Of a stretch of 64,000 nt of DNA, positions 1 through 10,203 are shown piece by piece. The stretch lies in assembly GCA_018302605.1 (NCBI GenBank), contig JAGVZN010000019.1, positions 29,803-93,802 on the forward strand, given 5' to 3'. The first letter of the stretch is position 1; each line of letters starts with the position of its first letter. Origin of the DNA: Candidatus Woesearchaeota archaeon (GTDB taxonomy: Archaea > Nanobdellota > Nanobdellia > Woesearchaeales > GW2011-AR9). Made by a program: the position numbers and the translations under genes. The notes beneath the pieces were generated by a model. That model was not told where the DNA came from. It searched no databases and saw only the letters and a program-made list of their open reading frames with translations.

Positions 1-1369
1 ATTTCTTGTTCGAAAAATAAGAAAGGAATACTGCATTCTCGACCAGACGGATCTTGCGTTTGGAAAGCCAGCAAGGATACTTATGATACCAGGTATTATA
101 ATTAAAATCAGCCCACCCTTTAAGAGATAATGGAGGATGGAACCCTTCAGTTATCGCTAGCGAGAACATTTCCGTCCCAGGGAAAGGCGTATAGAAGAAA
201 ATCGGACATGTTGCATATTCATTTTCCTCATGAAGAGTCCTGCGGAAGCGCAGTGTGTCTAGGAATTCTTCTTCAGTTTCCGTCGGAAATCCTCCCATAA
301 ACGTATACTTGAGGATGATCGGGTACTTGTTAAGACGTTGATTTGCTTTCCGGATAATCTCTGGAGTAGTATCTTTCTTGATGACTTTAAGCATTCGCGG
401 ATTCCCCGACTCTACTCCAATGTCTAAGTTTCTGCAACCACTCTTCATCAATTTCTCAATACTGCTCTCCGGCAAGCGGAGGATATGGTCTGCTCGGATC
501 CCCGCCGTACCCCAATTCCAATCACGGCCTTGCTCATTTGCCTGTGCCAGTGCATCGATGAAGTCGATGAGTCGCTGATTGCTTCCCGAAATCAGATCAT
601 CATTAAAATAAAAATCTTTGATCTGGTAAGTATCATCAAGGTACATCAAATCTCTCATCAATCGTTCTACCGAATATCCTCGCCAAGAATTCGAGATCGG
701 TTGCCCCTCTTCATCCGTCCCCTTCGAAAGAGTAACAATGGAACAGAATGTACATCGAAATTGGCAGCCTCTACTCGTAATCAACGCCATTGATGATCTA
801 TCCGGACGAAATCCAACGGCAGCATAATCTTTCAAGTCGATGAGATGGTAAGGAATGGGAGGTAATGTGTCTAAATTCTTAATTGGCGGGCGGGGAAGTG
901 TATGTTTCGCCACTCCGTCAGGCAAACGGTAGACAATCCCTTTAATTTCATTAAGCCCAATCTTTTTCTCATGATACTTCATCAAATCGAATAAAAGATA
1001 ATCACCTTCACCTGAGCAGACAACATCGATATGCTTATCCTGTAAACACATCTCTGGCTCGATCTGTGCCCAGCTCCCACCAAGAACAACAAGAACATCT
1101 TTGCTCACTGATTTAATAAACGCAGAAGCTTCCATCATATTCAAGATTTGTTCACCAACCATTGTCGTGAGACAAACGATCTTGGCGCCGAGAGCAATAT
1201 GCTTCTTAACTTCCTCTTTCCAATCAAATCGTATTCTTTGATCGATCAGAACAACATCATAACCTTCACTAACCGGAGCGGCTGCGATGCTAAGCATCCC
1301 GGTAGGAGTCCTTACTCCCATGACATCCCAAACCCCGCACTTTGGTTGAAGAAGGATAATATCCACCAT
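1..1369 (-). CDS. B12-binding class B radical SAM protein (partial, runs off left edge)
   Basis: Not in the ORF track. Manual translation from ATG at 1369 gives MVDIILLQPKCG...VLGG...GEGD...TSRGCQFRCTFC (CxxxCxxC)...FNDD...IGVESGN...GGFPTET...TPFPGT, open to the window edge. Confidence 0.9.
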   Translation of the reverse strand, partial: MVDIILLQPKCGVWDVMGVRTPTGMLSIAAAPVSEGYDVVLIDQRIRFDWKEEVKKHIALGAKIVCLTTMVGEQILNMMEASAFIKSVSKDVLVVLGGSWAQIEPEMCLQDKHIDVVCSGEGDYLLFDLMKYHEKKIGLNEIKGIVYRLPDGVAKHTLPRPPIKNLDTLPPIPYHLIDLKDYAAVGFRPDRSSMALITSRGCQFRCTFCSIVTLSKGTDEEGQPISNSWRGYSVERLMRDLMYLDDTYQIKDFYFNDDLISGSNQRLIDFIDALAQANEQGRDWNWGTAGIRADHILRLPESSIEKLMKSGCRNLDIGVESGNPRMLKVIKKDTTPEIIRKANQRLNKYPIILKYTFMGGFPTETEEEFLDTLRFRRTLHEENEYATCPIFFYTPFPGTEMFSLAITEGFHPPLSLKGWADFNYNTWYHKYPCWLSKRKIRLVENAVFLSYFSNKK

Positions 1370-1436
1370 AAACGTAAATAATTACAAAAGATATATAAAT
1401 ATATTGTTAAACTCGTAGAGAGCAAGGTAAGAAAAC

Positions 1437-1790
1437 ATGAAAGGACGCTGGTTTAACATTGCTGAAGACGTTAAAGAAGAACTTGATGCCACGGGTTTCC
1501 AACAGAAATGGAAGCTAGACCAAAAAGGATATTTCCTTATTCGCATTAACAAAGAAAACAATTCTTTAGAGGTCGGACATTGCACTCCGGAGAACAAATT
1601 AGTCAGAGTGATCACTGGTCCAGATCCAGAAAGTATAATGTATAAAATGATTGACAATGGTTATGTATCCCTTCTAGATCATGCAGCATATCTCGGGAAA
1701 GAATTACAGAAAGCATATCTCGCGTTAAAGTATCCTTTCTTTGAATATGTCCAGGATTCACCCCTAAAATATAACAAAAAGCATGAGTAA
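1437..1790 (+). CDS. DUF4346-like protein
   Basis: D(Q)KGYFLI and HAAYLGKELQKA motifs are typical of DUF4346. Confidence 0.75.
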   Translation: MKGRWFNIAEDVKEELDATGFQQKWKLDQKGYFLIRINKENNSLEVGHCTPENKLVRVITGPDPESIMYKMIDNGYVSLLDHAAYLGKELQKAYLALKYPFFEYVQDSPLKYNKKHE

Positions 1791-1857
1791 TAAAGAGAAC
1801 AACATCCCTTTTTCGTCTTTCATAATCTATATAAAAGAGCAAGGGCCTAGTTTAAAG

Positions 1858-2556
1858 ATGGTCGTTATCACTGCCTCTTTGATGTGTGCGAGCCAGCTTC
1901 ATCTCTATCGTGACGTTCATTCTTTGTTAAAATCGGGAATCGATATGTTCCATTTTGATATCATGGATGGCGATTTCGTCGAAAACATCGCTTTGAATAT
2001 CGACCTCATCAAAGAATTAAGGACCGTAACACACAAGAAATTTGATGCCCATCTGATGGTACGCAAGCCATCAAAGTATATCCTTAAGTTAAAAGAAGCT
2101 GGGGTAAATATAATTTATTTTCACATCGAATCTTCTGAAGATCCGCATTACATTATCGATTTTATCAAGCGCGAGGGTTTAGAGGTAGGATTAGTGATCA
2201 ACCCGGACACACCTTTAGAGAAAGTCTTGCCCTATATCGAAAGAGTAGATTATTTTATGTTCATGACCGTCCGCCCCGGATTTGCCGGCCAGAAATTCGA
2301 ACAATCAGTCTTGCACAAGATTGAGCAATTCCAACAGCTCACCGCGGGAAAAGAACACATTCCCAAATTAGCTGCCGATGGAGCGATCAATGCAAAAACC
2401 CTACGGCTGCTCAGCGAACGCGGAGTAGAAGTCTTTGTGGGTGGGAGCGCCGGCCTGTTCAACAAAGAAGGCTTCAATAACAATCTCGATATCTTAAAAC
2501 AGAGAGATGAACTTCTCCCGTTAAAAAACAAGATCGAAGAGGAAATCAAAAGATAA
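1858..2556 (+). CDS. Ribulose-phosphate 3-epimerase family, AlsE (allulose-6-P 3-epimerase)-like
   Basis: SLMC, FHFDIMDG, DAHLMV, MTVRPGFAGQ, DGAIN and GSAGLF motifs. Start taken at ATG 1858, downstream of a TATATAAA box. Confidence 0.85.
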   Translation: MVVITASLMCASQLHLYRDVHSLLKSGIDMFHFDIMDGDFVENIALNIDLIKELRTVTHKKFDAHLMVRKPSKYILKLKEAGVNIIYFHIESSEDPHYIIDFIKREGLEVGLVINPDTPLEKVLPYIERVDYFMFMTVRPGFAGQKFEQSVLHKIEQFQQLTAGKEHIPKLAADGAINAKTLRLLSERGVEVFVGGSAGLFNKEGFNNNLDILKQRDELLPLKNKIEEEIKR

Positions 2557-2557
2557 A

Positions 2558-3172
2558 ATGCTCATCATCAAACATCGCGTGAATACGATTGAAGATCTGA
2601 AAAGTACGCTGGTAGAGTACGGCGTAGAAATTGATATCAGGCCGGAAGGAAATAAGCTGATTCTTCATCACGACCCATTTACCCCAGGAGAAGATTTTGA
2701 AGAATGGTTGAAACACTATAAACACGCTTTCCTTATCCTCAATATCAAAAGCGAAGGTATTGAAAAGCGGGTTATCGAATTGATGGAGAAATATCAGATA
2801 CAAGCTTATTTCCTCTTGGATGTCGCGCCGCCCTTCCTCACAAAACTCGCCAAACAGAACATCGCAGGATTATCTACCCGCTTATCTCCTTTCGAATCAG
2901 TCAAGACGTGCCTAGAATATGCCCGTGCGTTCCCCGGCCAGTTCACGTGGGTATTTGTTGATGTAATGACCAAGACCGAGGGAAAAACAAAACTGCCACT
3001 AAACGGCAAAATGTCCCAACAACTCAAAGAAGCGGGATATAAAATATGCCTGGTCTCACCTGAATTATTAAACCGAGAAAATCAGATCGCAGCGTACAAG
3101 AAAAAACTAGGAGCAAAAGGAATAACTATCGATGCTGTCCTCACCAAAAAGCCGGAGTTGTGGTCAACATGA
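2558..3172 (+). CDS. GDPD/PI-PLC-like phosphodiesterase-fold protein of glycan clusters
   Basis: HRVN...GVEIDIR...LHHDP...LNIK pattern. Confidence 0.65.
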   Translation: MLIIKHRVNTIEDLKSTLVEYGVEIDIRPEGNKLILHHDPFTPGEDFEEWLKHYKHAFLILNIKSEGIEKRVIELMEKYQIQAYFLLDVAPPFLTKLAKQNIAGLSTRLSPFESVKTCLEYARAFPGQFTWVFVDVMTKTEGKTKLPLNGKMSQQLKEAGYKICLVSPELLNRENQIAAYKKKLGAKGITIDAVLTKKPELWST

Positions 3173-4767
3173 AAATCATCATACCCATGGCGGGAAAAGG
3201 CAAGCGCTATAACGATGCTGCGTTCCACGGTCCGAAGCCCCTCGTCGAGATTGATGGCCGGCCGATGATTGAACATGTCGTCAACCTTTTCTCCCCAGAT
3301 GATGAATTTATCTTTATCTGTAATGAAGAACATCTCCAGAAAACACCGATGCGGCAGGTCCTCTCCAACATCGCTCAAAAACATAAGATAATTTCCGTAA
3401 CAAATGAACAGATTGTTGGCGGACCGATCTATACCTGCAAGACGGTATTTAATCTTATCAAAGACGATGAAGAAGTGATTGTTAATTATTGCGATTTTAC
3501 GATGAAATGGAATTATCTTCACTTTCTCCAGACCATACGTGCTTCCTCTTGCGCAGGAGCGATCCCCTCGTTCCGTGGCTTTCATCCTGCATCGTTAGGC
3601 GATACGTACTACGCCTATCTGAAAATTAACAAAGACAACCAAGTCACCGAACTCCGTGAGAAAGAACCATTCTCCAACAACCGCCTGGAAGATCATGCTT
3701 CCACAGGTACATATTATTTCAAGACCGGAGCAATGTTCAAAAAGTATGCTGAAAAAGTGATGGGGCTGGGAATGAATGCCAAAGGAGAAGCATACATCAC
3801 GCTGCCGTACACCCTTATGATCAGCGACGGCTTACCCGTCTTGTGCTACGAAGTAGAGAAATTTATCTGCTGGGGAACACCGCGAGATTATGAAACCTAC
3901 AAATTCTGGTCAGAATTCTTCTTCAAACGTGCTGGTCAGATCGTCGGCTTCAACAACGTCAACATCAAAACAACCAACATCTTTCCCCTTGCCAGCGATA
4001 AGCGCGACTTCAAAGATTTAGGATTTGATACACCCAACTTTCTTATCCCCCTGCTCAATCGTCCGCTCATCAATTCAACAGTAACCTCATACCCCAAAGG
4101 AGTTAGAAATATCTTCATCTGCCTGCAAGAGCACGAGCAGAAATACAATATCAAAAACCTCTTGCAAAAAGTCTTTCATCAACCGGAGATCATCCTCCTC
4201 GAACAGAAGACAGCCGGAAATTCAGCGACAATCTTAAAATCAGAAGAACATATTGATCAGAACACTCCTGTCTGTGTTTCAGGGAACACCTATCTCTTAG
4301 ATTATGATGAACGCCGTCTTTCACACCTCCTCGAAAAACAAGACATCGACGTAGTACTATTATCGTTTACTCACCACGAATGTATCTTGCGCGATCCCAC
4401 TAACCATTCCTATCTCAAAATAAAAGATGGTCGAGTCGAGCAAATTTGTGAAAAGACAACCATCTCAGAGCATCCTGACCGCGACGAGGCGTTTACCGGA
4501 ACAGCAATCTACCGTCGTTCCTCCGACCTCTTCCGCTCCATTAAACAAAACATGAATCTTGCCCATGAAGACGGGTACACCAAGTTCACAGCAAACTCGT
4601 TCCTTACCGCAATTAACGAGCTGATCAAAGAAGGAAAGAAAGTTGTCACTTTTGAAGTAGACAAATTCATCTCTTTATTTAGCTCGACTGATTATCAAGA
4701 ACTTGTTTATTGGCAGGAATATTTTGATTCGTTGCTTTACCATCCATATAGCAAGATGGTGCATTGA
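3169..4767 (+). CDS. Tandem sugar-phosphate nucleotidyltransferase-like (GT-A) protein, two domains
   Basis: N-domain IIPMAGKGKRY...PKPL...CWGTP. The second domain NIFPLASDKRDF...PNFLIP is degenerate. ATGA overlap with the upstream gene. Confidence 0.8.
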   Translation: MKIIIPMAGKGKRYNDAAFHGPKPLVEIDGRPMIEHVVNLFSPDDEFIFICNEEHLQKTPMRQVLSNIAQKHKIISVTNEQIVGGPIYTCKTVFNLIKDDEEVIVNYCDFTMKWNYLHFLQTIRASSCAGAIPSFRGFHPASLGDTYYAYLKINKDNQVTELREKEPFSNNRLEDHASTGTYYFKTGAMFKKYAEKVMGLGMNAKGEAYITLPYTLMISDGLPVLCYEVEKFICWGTPRDYETYKFWSEFFFKRAGQIVGFNNVNIKTTNIFPLASDKRDFKDLGFDTPNFLIPLLNRPLINSTVTSYPKGVRNIFICLQEHEQKYNIKNLLQKVFHQPEIILLEQKTAGNSATILKSEEHIDQNTPVCVSGNTYLLDYDERRLSHLLEKQDIDVVLLSFTHHECILRDPTNHSYLKIKDGRVEQICEKTTISEHPDRDEAFTGTAIYRRSSDLFRSIKQNMNLAHEDGYTKFTANSFLTAINELIKEGKKVVTFEVDKFISLFSSTDYQELVYWQEYFDSLLYHPYSKMVH

Positions 4768-4801
4768 AAAAGAAGTATAGAGAAACATTGTGAAAAATAA
4801 G

Positions 4802-5068
4802 TCACTCTTTTGGATAGAGTTGTTCCCCTGTTTCCAGATCAATGATCTTAATAACGGCAACGGGACAGCCCTCTGCGGCCTCTAAATTATGGGACAAATC
4901 TTTTTCATCGAAAATGAGTTCTTCTTTATCTTTATCTTTTGTAGCTTTCTGGTTATTTATAGTTGCAACTGCACCATCCATTCGCCAAAATTCAGGAGCG
5001 ATATCCACACAGATTAGACCACCAATACAGTTCTTCTTATCATAAACTATTTTATACTTCTTTCCCAT
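4802..5068 (-). CDS. Ferredoxin (single cluster, probably 3Fe-4S)
   Basis: CIGGLIC...AAEGCPVAVI. Start taken at MGKKYKIV. Confidence 0.85.
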   Translation of the reverse strand: MGKKYKIVYDKKNCIGGLICVDIAPEFWRMDGAVATINNQKATKDKDKEELIFDEKDLSHNLEAAEGCPVAVIKIIDLETGEQLYPKE

Positions 5069-5120
5069 TTTTCTTTCAGATGCAGTTCTGTTCTTAAATT
5101 TTTTGAAACTAGATGATAGT

Positions 5121-5132
5121 CCCCCCCCCCCC
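5121..5132. repeat. C12 homopolymer in a divergent intergenic region
   Basis: 12 consecutive C residues between the ferredoxin and radical SAM starts. Confidence 0.9.
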
Positions 5133-5182
5133 AGTGAACCCAAAACATATTTATACGCTCAGACTTCATTTACTGCCTGAAA

Positions 5183-6628
5183 ATGAAAATCGCATTGATC
5201 TGGCCAAATGGCTTTGATGCTAGTTACGTTATGCCGCTCGCTTTGGGATACTTAAAGAGCAATCTTGATAGTAAGAAGCACGACGTAAAACTACTGGACT
5301 GTGCTTTTAAAAATATTACAGCATCGTCTAATGAATTCACAGAATTCCTAGAGAAGTTCAAACCAGAGGTTATTGGTACGTCGTGCTGGTCGCCAACTTA
5401 CGAGGAAACTCTCCAAATCCTTAAAATAGCGAAATCAATCGATCCCAACATTACGACCGTTCTTGGTGGAGCCCATGCTTCTTCTTACCCGGATTCTGCG
5501 ATAAATCACAACTTTGTTGATTTCCTGTTTAGAGGTGAAGCGGAGTTGTCATTCCCCATATTCTTAGAGGAGTTAGAGAAAGATAATCCAAACTGGTCAA
5601 AAGTAAAAGGTTTAGTTTACAAGTTGAATGATGGGAGTCTTATGAAGAATGAAATGGAGCGGGAGAGAAATGTCGATGTTATCAAGATACCCGATTATGA
5701 ATGGATGGAACTCGATCGTTATATTAAAGGAGGGTATCGGTTTAACACAACACATAAGTACAATGCGCCAGTGTGGGTAACTCGAGGCTGTCCTTATAGA
5801 TGTGGCTTCTGTTCTGCTCCTCTCCAAAATGGAAAGATAATACGGATGCACTCAGTAGAATATATGGTCAAATGGGTGAAATATTTGTATTCTGAAAAAG
5901 GGATTAGGCAAATCAACATCATCGACGATAATTTTACATTTCATAAAGAATACGCTAAAGAATTTTGCCGGGCGATGATTAAACTAAATTTAAAAGGTCT
6001 TACGTTTGGAACGCCCAATGCGATTAGGGCGCAAAGAACAGATTTAGAATTAATTCAGTTGATGAAAGACGCGGGCTGGGAACATCTTTTGGTAGCACCT
6101 GAAAGTGGTTCCAGGAGAGTGTTAGACCTGATGCATAAAGACTTAGATCCACAAGCAATACTAGAAAAAGTTAAGATCATTCAACAAGTAGGTCTGAAAA
6201 TCCATGGCGCATTTATTATTGGTTATCCTGGAGAGACAATAGAAGATATTAAAGAGACTGTAAAATTAATTCGAGAGTGTAAATTTAATTTCTTTTTCTT
6301 AAATAATTTTCAGCCACTGCCCGGTACGCCAATATATGACGAGCTTGTAGCTAAAGGAGAAATTGCGGACGGACTATTACCTAAAAATTATAGCAATGGG
6401 GAAAGGGCTTATACTCCTAAAGAATTAAAAAATTTCAACTTCAGTAAATTCGTACTCAAAGAGTACTTTATGTTAGCTTTGAGGGAGCCCTTGAATATCC
6501 CTTACATGCTTACGTTAATCGGTCCGGGAATGGTCGTTAAGAAATTATTTCATAACCTGAAAAATATAGTCAAACCGAACAGCAGAAAAGAGTCGATCAT
6601 TCCGAAAGTAATGATTAGCACGAAATAG
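5183..6628 (+). CDS. B12-binding class B radical SAM protein
   Basis: GGAHAS, RGEAE, TRGCPYRCGFC, IDDNF, PESG, IIGYPGE and PLPGTP motifs. Confidence 0.92.
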   Translation: MKIALIWPNGFDASYVMPLALGYLKSNLDSKKHDVKLLDCAFKNITASSNEFTEFLEKFKPEVIGTSCWSPTYEETLQILKIAKSIDPNITTVLGGAHASSYPDSAINHNFVDFLFRGEAELSFPIFLEELEKDNPNWSKVKGLVYKLNDGSLMKNEMERERNVDVIKIPDYEWMELDRYIKGGYRFNTTHKYNAPVWVTRGCPYRCGFCSAPLQNGKIIRMHSVEYMVKWVKYLYSEKGIRQINIIDDNFTFHKEYAKEFCRAMIKLNLKGLTFGTPNAIRAQRTDLELIQLMKDAGWEHLLVAPESGSRRVLDLMHKDLDPQAILEKVKIIQQVGLKIHGAFIIGYPGETIEDIKETVKLIRECKFNFFFLNNFQPLPGTPIYDELVAKGEIADGLLPKNYSNGERAYTPKELKNFNFSKFVLKEYFMLALREPLNIPYMLTLIGPGMVVKKLFHNLKNIVKPNSRKESIIPKVMISTK

Positions 6629-6715
6629 AATAGCAAAGCTAGTGTTATTATCCCTAAAAAATCGGTTTAAAAATTTCAATAGATTTATAAACCGATTTTC
6701 AAAATAAGAAAGATT

Positions 6716-7690
6716 ATGATGAATCCGAAAAGACTGGAAGATTATTTGACGACTTTGGATATCAATGACAAAGCAGTTGTACTCGCTACAGCTTCATTCT
6801 TGGGAGGGCAGGCAATTCTCCGAAACCAACACCGTGCCGGAGAGAGACAAGCTATTAAATCTGATGGGTCTACAGTGGGCATACTTGACGAGACGAGTGG
6901 GAAGACGATGGTTAGGTATGTTAATAATAACCTAAAAGCAGCTGCTATTAAATTTAGATCGGAAGAGAAAATGCCTTTTGAAGAACCGAGTTCTTGGCAA
7001 TATGCTGGGCTGTTTGATGATTTAGACGGCAGCATAAATCCAATGGTAGGAGGAGTAAACCTCAATTTTGTTGGTGTTAGTGGAGTCATCCATACTCGTC
7101 AGGATGATCAACAAATAATGGCTGCAGGGTATTTGCCCTTTGCAAACCCAAGAATAGTGGTCGTTGCAGAGAAGACTAGAGGAACGTATGCAGTAACCTT
7201 ACCCCAAACAAGTAAAGACCAGTATTCCCACAAAAAAGTTGTACTTCCTCCAAATCCAGCTCAAAGAAATATCCTTCTCGAATCGGGGTGGATGACACCA
7301 GACTCTCTAGATGCAGAATTATCTCTCATTCAAGCAGGTTTTTACAATGAAATTGGTGTGACCACAAAAGACCGAGTTTGTGGAGGAGTATTTCAGACGA
7401 TCAGCGGCCTCTTGGATAACCGCCAAGTCGTTCTAAACTACGCAGCATCACATCCCGCTGACTACCTCTGGCTAATGTTAGAAGAAGCCGGTGCTGATGT
7501 CATTAGTCAACAAGGTACATCGATGCATTCTCTCAGTCACGCCATGCTTTCTATTGCTCCTTCCTTTACCGGGGATAGAGAAAGACTTAAAGAAACTTTT
7601 GTTCAAGCCATGAGATCAGAGACCGTGAAGACCAATTATGGAGGACACGACCGCCAAAAAGTGATTCTCGAAAAGTTAGGAAAAGATTGA
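6716..7690 (+). CDS. Divergent inositol monophosphatase/FIG-superfamily phosphatase
   Basis: K-x-D-G-S, SEE, DDLDGSIN (cf. DPLDGT-x-N) and LEEAGA motifs. Confidence 0.6.
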   Translation: MMNPKRLEDYLTTLDINDKAVVLATASFLGGQAILRNQHRAGERQAIKSDGSTVGILDETSGKTMVRYVNNNLKAAAIKFRSEEKMPFEEPSSWQYAGLFDDLDGSINPMVGGVNLNFVGVSGVIHTRQDDQQIMAAGYLPFANPRIVVVAEKTRGTYAVTLPQTSKDQYSHKKVVLPPNPAQRNILLESGWMTPDSLDAELSLIQAGFYNEIGVTTKDRVCGGVFQTISGLLDNRQVVLNYAASHPADYLWLMLEEAGADVISQQGTSMHSLSHAMLSIAPSFTGDRERLKETFVQAMRSETVKTNYGGHDRQKVILEKLGKD

Positions 7691-7724
7691 TCTCTTTCTC
7701 TAAGATCAGTCCCATCTCAAAACT

Positions 7725-8441
7725 TCAAGCTAACGGAAACCGTTCATACGTTTCTAAGAAAAAGCCAGTCTTATCCACAGAAAAATAACCAACATCGATT
7801 GCCTCGGGTAGGCTTGTTCCTAATACGTGGGCATGTTCCATCTCTTTAAAGAAAGCAGCGAGATCAGAAGGAGAATGCTTCTCTAAAAAGCGTGCGATCG
7901 TAATATGAGAACCCCACGCAGACTTAACAGCTAAAGGAAAATCAGGGAGGCTCTTACACTGCTCCGTTACTGCAGTAACTGCGTCTACGAAATGAGCATC
8001 AGGAAAACCCGCCGCGATGACACTATCTCGATTATATAACATCTCAGAGTAGTTAATCGTCGGTCGCACTAATCTATCTTTCACGTCATGGACACGTCTT
8101 GCTAAGTTCTCAAGAAGAACACGATCTGGCTGCAGATCTGGCACTAAGTCCGTTGTCAACAGCGTCGTGTGAGTATTTTTATCATCATAGCGAATAATCG
8201 GAAGCAAACCAGCAAGTCCCAGCGAAAGATCTGTTACACCCTCGACAATCTCCCGCGGATGACGTAACACCACCGCATAAGAGCCATACGAACGTTCTTC
8301 ACCAAGATAAGCCGGAGGTTGCGTCCCCTGCTCTCTAAAGGAGGTTGTATCTCGAAAGCGAACATACACTTCTTCTTGCTTTCTAAGGAAATCAGTAAAA
8401 TTAGTCATCATCTTTACGGCAAGAGGCTCTCTTTTAAACAT
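7725..8441 (-). CDS. Putative 2H-phosphoesterase (LigT-like)
   Basis: Two HxT motifs (HTTL, HITIARF) about 90 aa apart. Confidence 0.55.
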   Translation of the reverse strand: MFKREPLAVKMMTNFTDFLRKQEEVYVRFRDTTSFREQGTQPPAYLGEERSYGSYAVVLRHPREIVEGVTDLSLGLAGLLPIIRYDDKNTHTTLLTTDLVPDLQPDRVLLENLARRVHDVKDRLVRPTINYSEMLYNRDSVIAAGFPDAHFVDAVTAVTEQCKSLPDFPLAVKSAWGSHITIARFLEKHSPSDLAAFFKEMEHAHVLGTSLPEAIDVGYFSVDKTGFFLETYERFPLA

Positions 8442-8524
8442 TATGAAACATTCTTCACAAAATCATCTTGTCTAACACCTTATTTCCACAATCTTTTTAA
8501 TGACAACCTCATAAATCAAAGAAA

Positions 8525-9367
8525 ATGGCCAATATCATCCCCATGGCTGGACTTGGATCACGTTTTTCTCAAGAAGGCTATGCTTTGCCTAAGCCGCTCA
8601 TTCCTGTTTCCAGCAAGCCGATGATTCTTCAAGCGATCAAGCATATGCCTCCTAGCGACAAATGGATTTTCATCGTTCGACAAGAACACATCAAAGAACA
8701 TCACATCGATGAGATCATCAAAAGAGAAATTCCCAGCGCAATCATCATCGCCATTAGCACGACAACACCCGGTCAGGCAAATACCTGCCTCCTCGCCCAA
8801 GCCTACCTCGACCCCAACGAACCGCTGTTTATCGCTGCTTGCGACAACGGCTATGTTTACGACAAGAAGAACTACCAAGATCTGATCGCCGATCCCACCA
8901 TCGATTGTATTGTCTGGACATTTACTCATATGGAAAAAATGCGCACATCACCTCATTCCTACGGCTGGGCGAAAGTGGCAGAAGACGGGAAGACAATTAT
9001 CGACATGTCCGTCAAAGTTCCTGTTTCCAACGACCCTTACAATGACCATGCCGTCGTCGCTACGTTTTATTTTAAGAGAGCGCAGGATTTTATTGACGCT
9101 GTTCAATTGATGATCAAAGAAGGACACCGTATCAAAAATGAATTCTATGTCGATGCAGTCCCCATCTTTTTACACAAACTAAGCCGAAGATCAGTCATCT
9201 TCGACATCGATCAATTCATCTGCTGGGGAACACCAGCAGAATTAGAAGAATATGAATTTTGGGAACGCTTCTTCAAAGAAAAAAGACAAGTTGACCAACC
9301 GCCACAAGACCAAGAGAAATACCTATTTTGGCGAAAATATTTCACGGCTGTCACCGATGATCTGTAA
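8525..9367 (+). CDS. Sugar-phosphate nucleotidyltransferase-like (IPMAG family)
   Basis: IIPMAGLGSRF...PKPLI...GQA...ACD...EFYVD...CWGTP. Confidence 0.85.
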   Translation: MANIIPMAGLGSRFSQEGYALPKPLIPVSSKPMILQAIKHMPPSDKWIFIVRQEHIKEHHIDEIIKREIPSAIIIAISTTTPGQANTCLLAQAYLDPNEPLFIAACDNGYVYDKKNYQDLIADPTIDCIVWTFTHMEKMRTSPHSYGWAKVAEDGKTIIDMSVKVPVSNDPYNDHAVVATFYFKRAQDFIDAVQLMIKEGHRIKNEFYVDAVPIFLHKLSRRSVIFDIDQFICWGTPAELEEYEFWERFFKEKRQVDQPPQDQEKYLFWRKYFTAVTDDL

Positions 9368-9369
9368 AA

Positions 9370-10203
9370 ATGAAAACAAGACCACAAGTTTTAGAACCAC
9401 AAGCGACACAAGCACCAACATCAAAACCACAACTATCGATAATCGTCCCCTGCTACAATGAAAAAGAGAATATTCCTCTCATTCTTCAAAGATTTAAAGA
9501 AGTTATCGGCACCCTTGACGTAGAACTAATTCTGGTCAATAATGGTTCTACAGATAACTCACAACAGATCATTGACGAAGAATTAAAAAAGCCGGAATAC
9601 GCATTTGCCAAGACGATACTTGTGCCGAAGAACATTGGGTACGGAAATGGTATCACCTTCGGCTTAAAACATGCACAAGGGGATCTTCTCGCCTACACGC
9701 ATGCCGATCTGCAATGTGATCCCCAGGATGTCCTTCGCGCTTACGAAATCATCTCACAAGAAAAACAGCCAGAGAAATACCTGATAAAAGGTCGAAGAAC
9801 AGAGAGAAAAATCATCCCTCAGCTTCTGACAACCGGTTTCCAGATCTCCGCAGCAATCTTATTCTGGAAGAATTTCCATGAGATCAATGCCCAACCAAAA
9901 GTATTTCATCGCCAATTTCTCAGCGCCCTGTCCTCTCCTCCTCTTGATTTCAACTTAGATTTCTACGTGCTCTACAAAGCAAAGAAAGAGAAGCTGAACA
10001 TCGTCAGCATCCCTGTCCACTTCCCCGATCGCCGCTACGGGCAATCTAAATGGGCATTCAGCCATCTCTCCAAATTAAAAACCATCCACAAATTTTTAAA
10101 ATATCAAGCCCTGCTCCGCTTCAGAGGAGAAGAATATACAGCCGTCAAGAATCGTCAGTGGATGCAGCAAGAAGTGGGTGATCTCAACAATGAAACAATA
10201 TAA
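9370..10203 (+). CDS. GT2 glycosyltransferase, polyprenol-phosphate type
   Basis: SIIVPCYNE, VNNGSTD, NIGYG, HADLQ and R-x-x-G-x-SKW motifs. Confidence 0.9.
   Translation: MKTRPQVLEPQATQAPTSKPQLSIIVPCYNEKENIPLILQRFKEVIGTLDVELILVNNGSTDNSQQIIDEELKKPEYAFAKTILVPKNIGYGNGITFGLKHAQGDLLAYTHADLQCDPQDVLRAYEIISQEKQPEKYLIKGRRTERKIIPQLLTTGFQISAAILFWKNFHEINAQPKVFHRQFLSALSSPPLDFNLDFYVLYKAKKEKLNIVSIPVHFPDRRYGQSKWAFSHLSKLKTIHKFLKYQALLRFRGEEYTAVKNRQWMQQEVGDLNNETI

Noticed and set aside
378..1381. Plus-strand ORFs of 66-102 aa
   Set aside because: They are antisense shadows of the minus-strand radical SAM gene. The same applies to most short antisense ORFs in the track.
5069..5143. N-terminal GGGG extension of the ferredoxin as a phase-variable coding tract
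   Set aside because: Paralogues start at the MxKxYKI position, so the C12 tract is intergenic.
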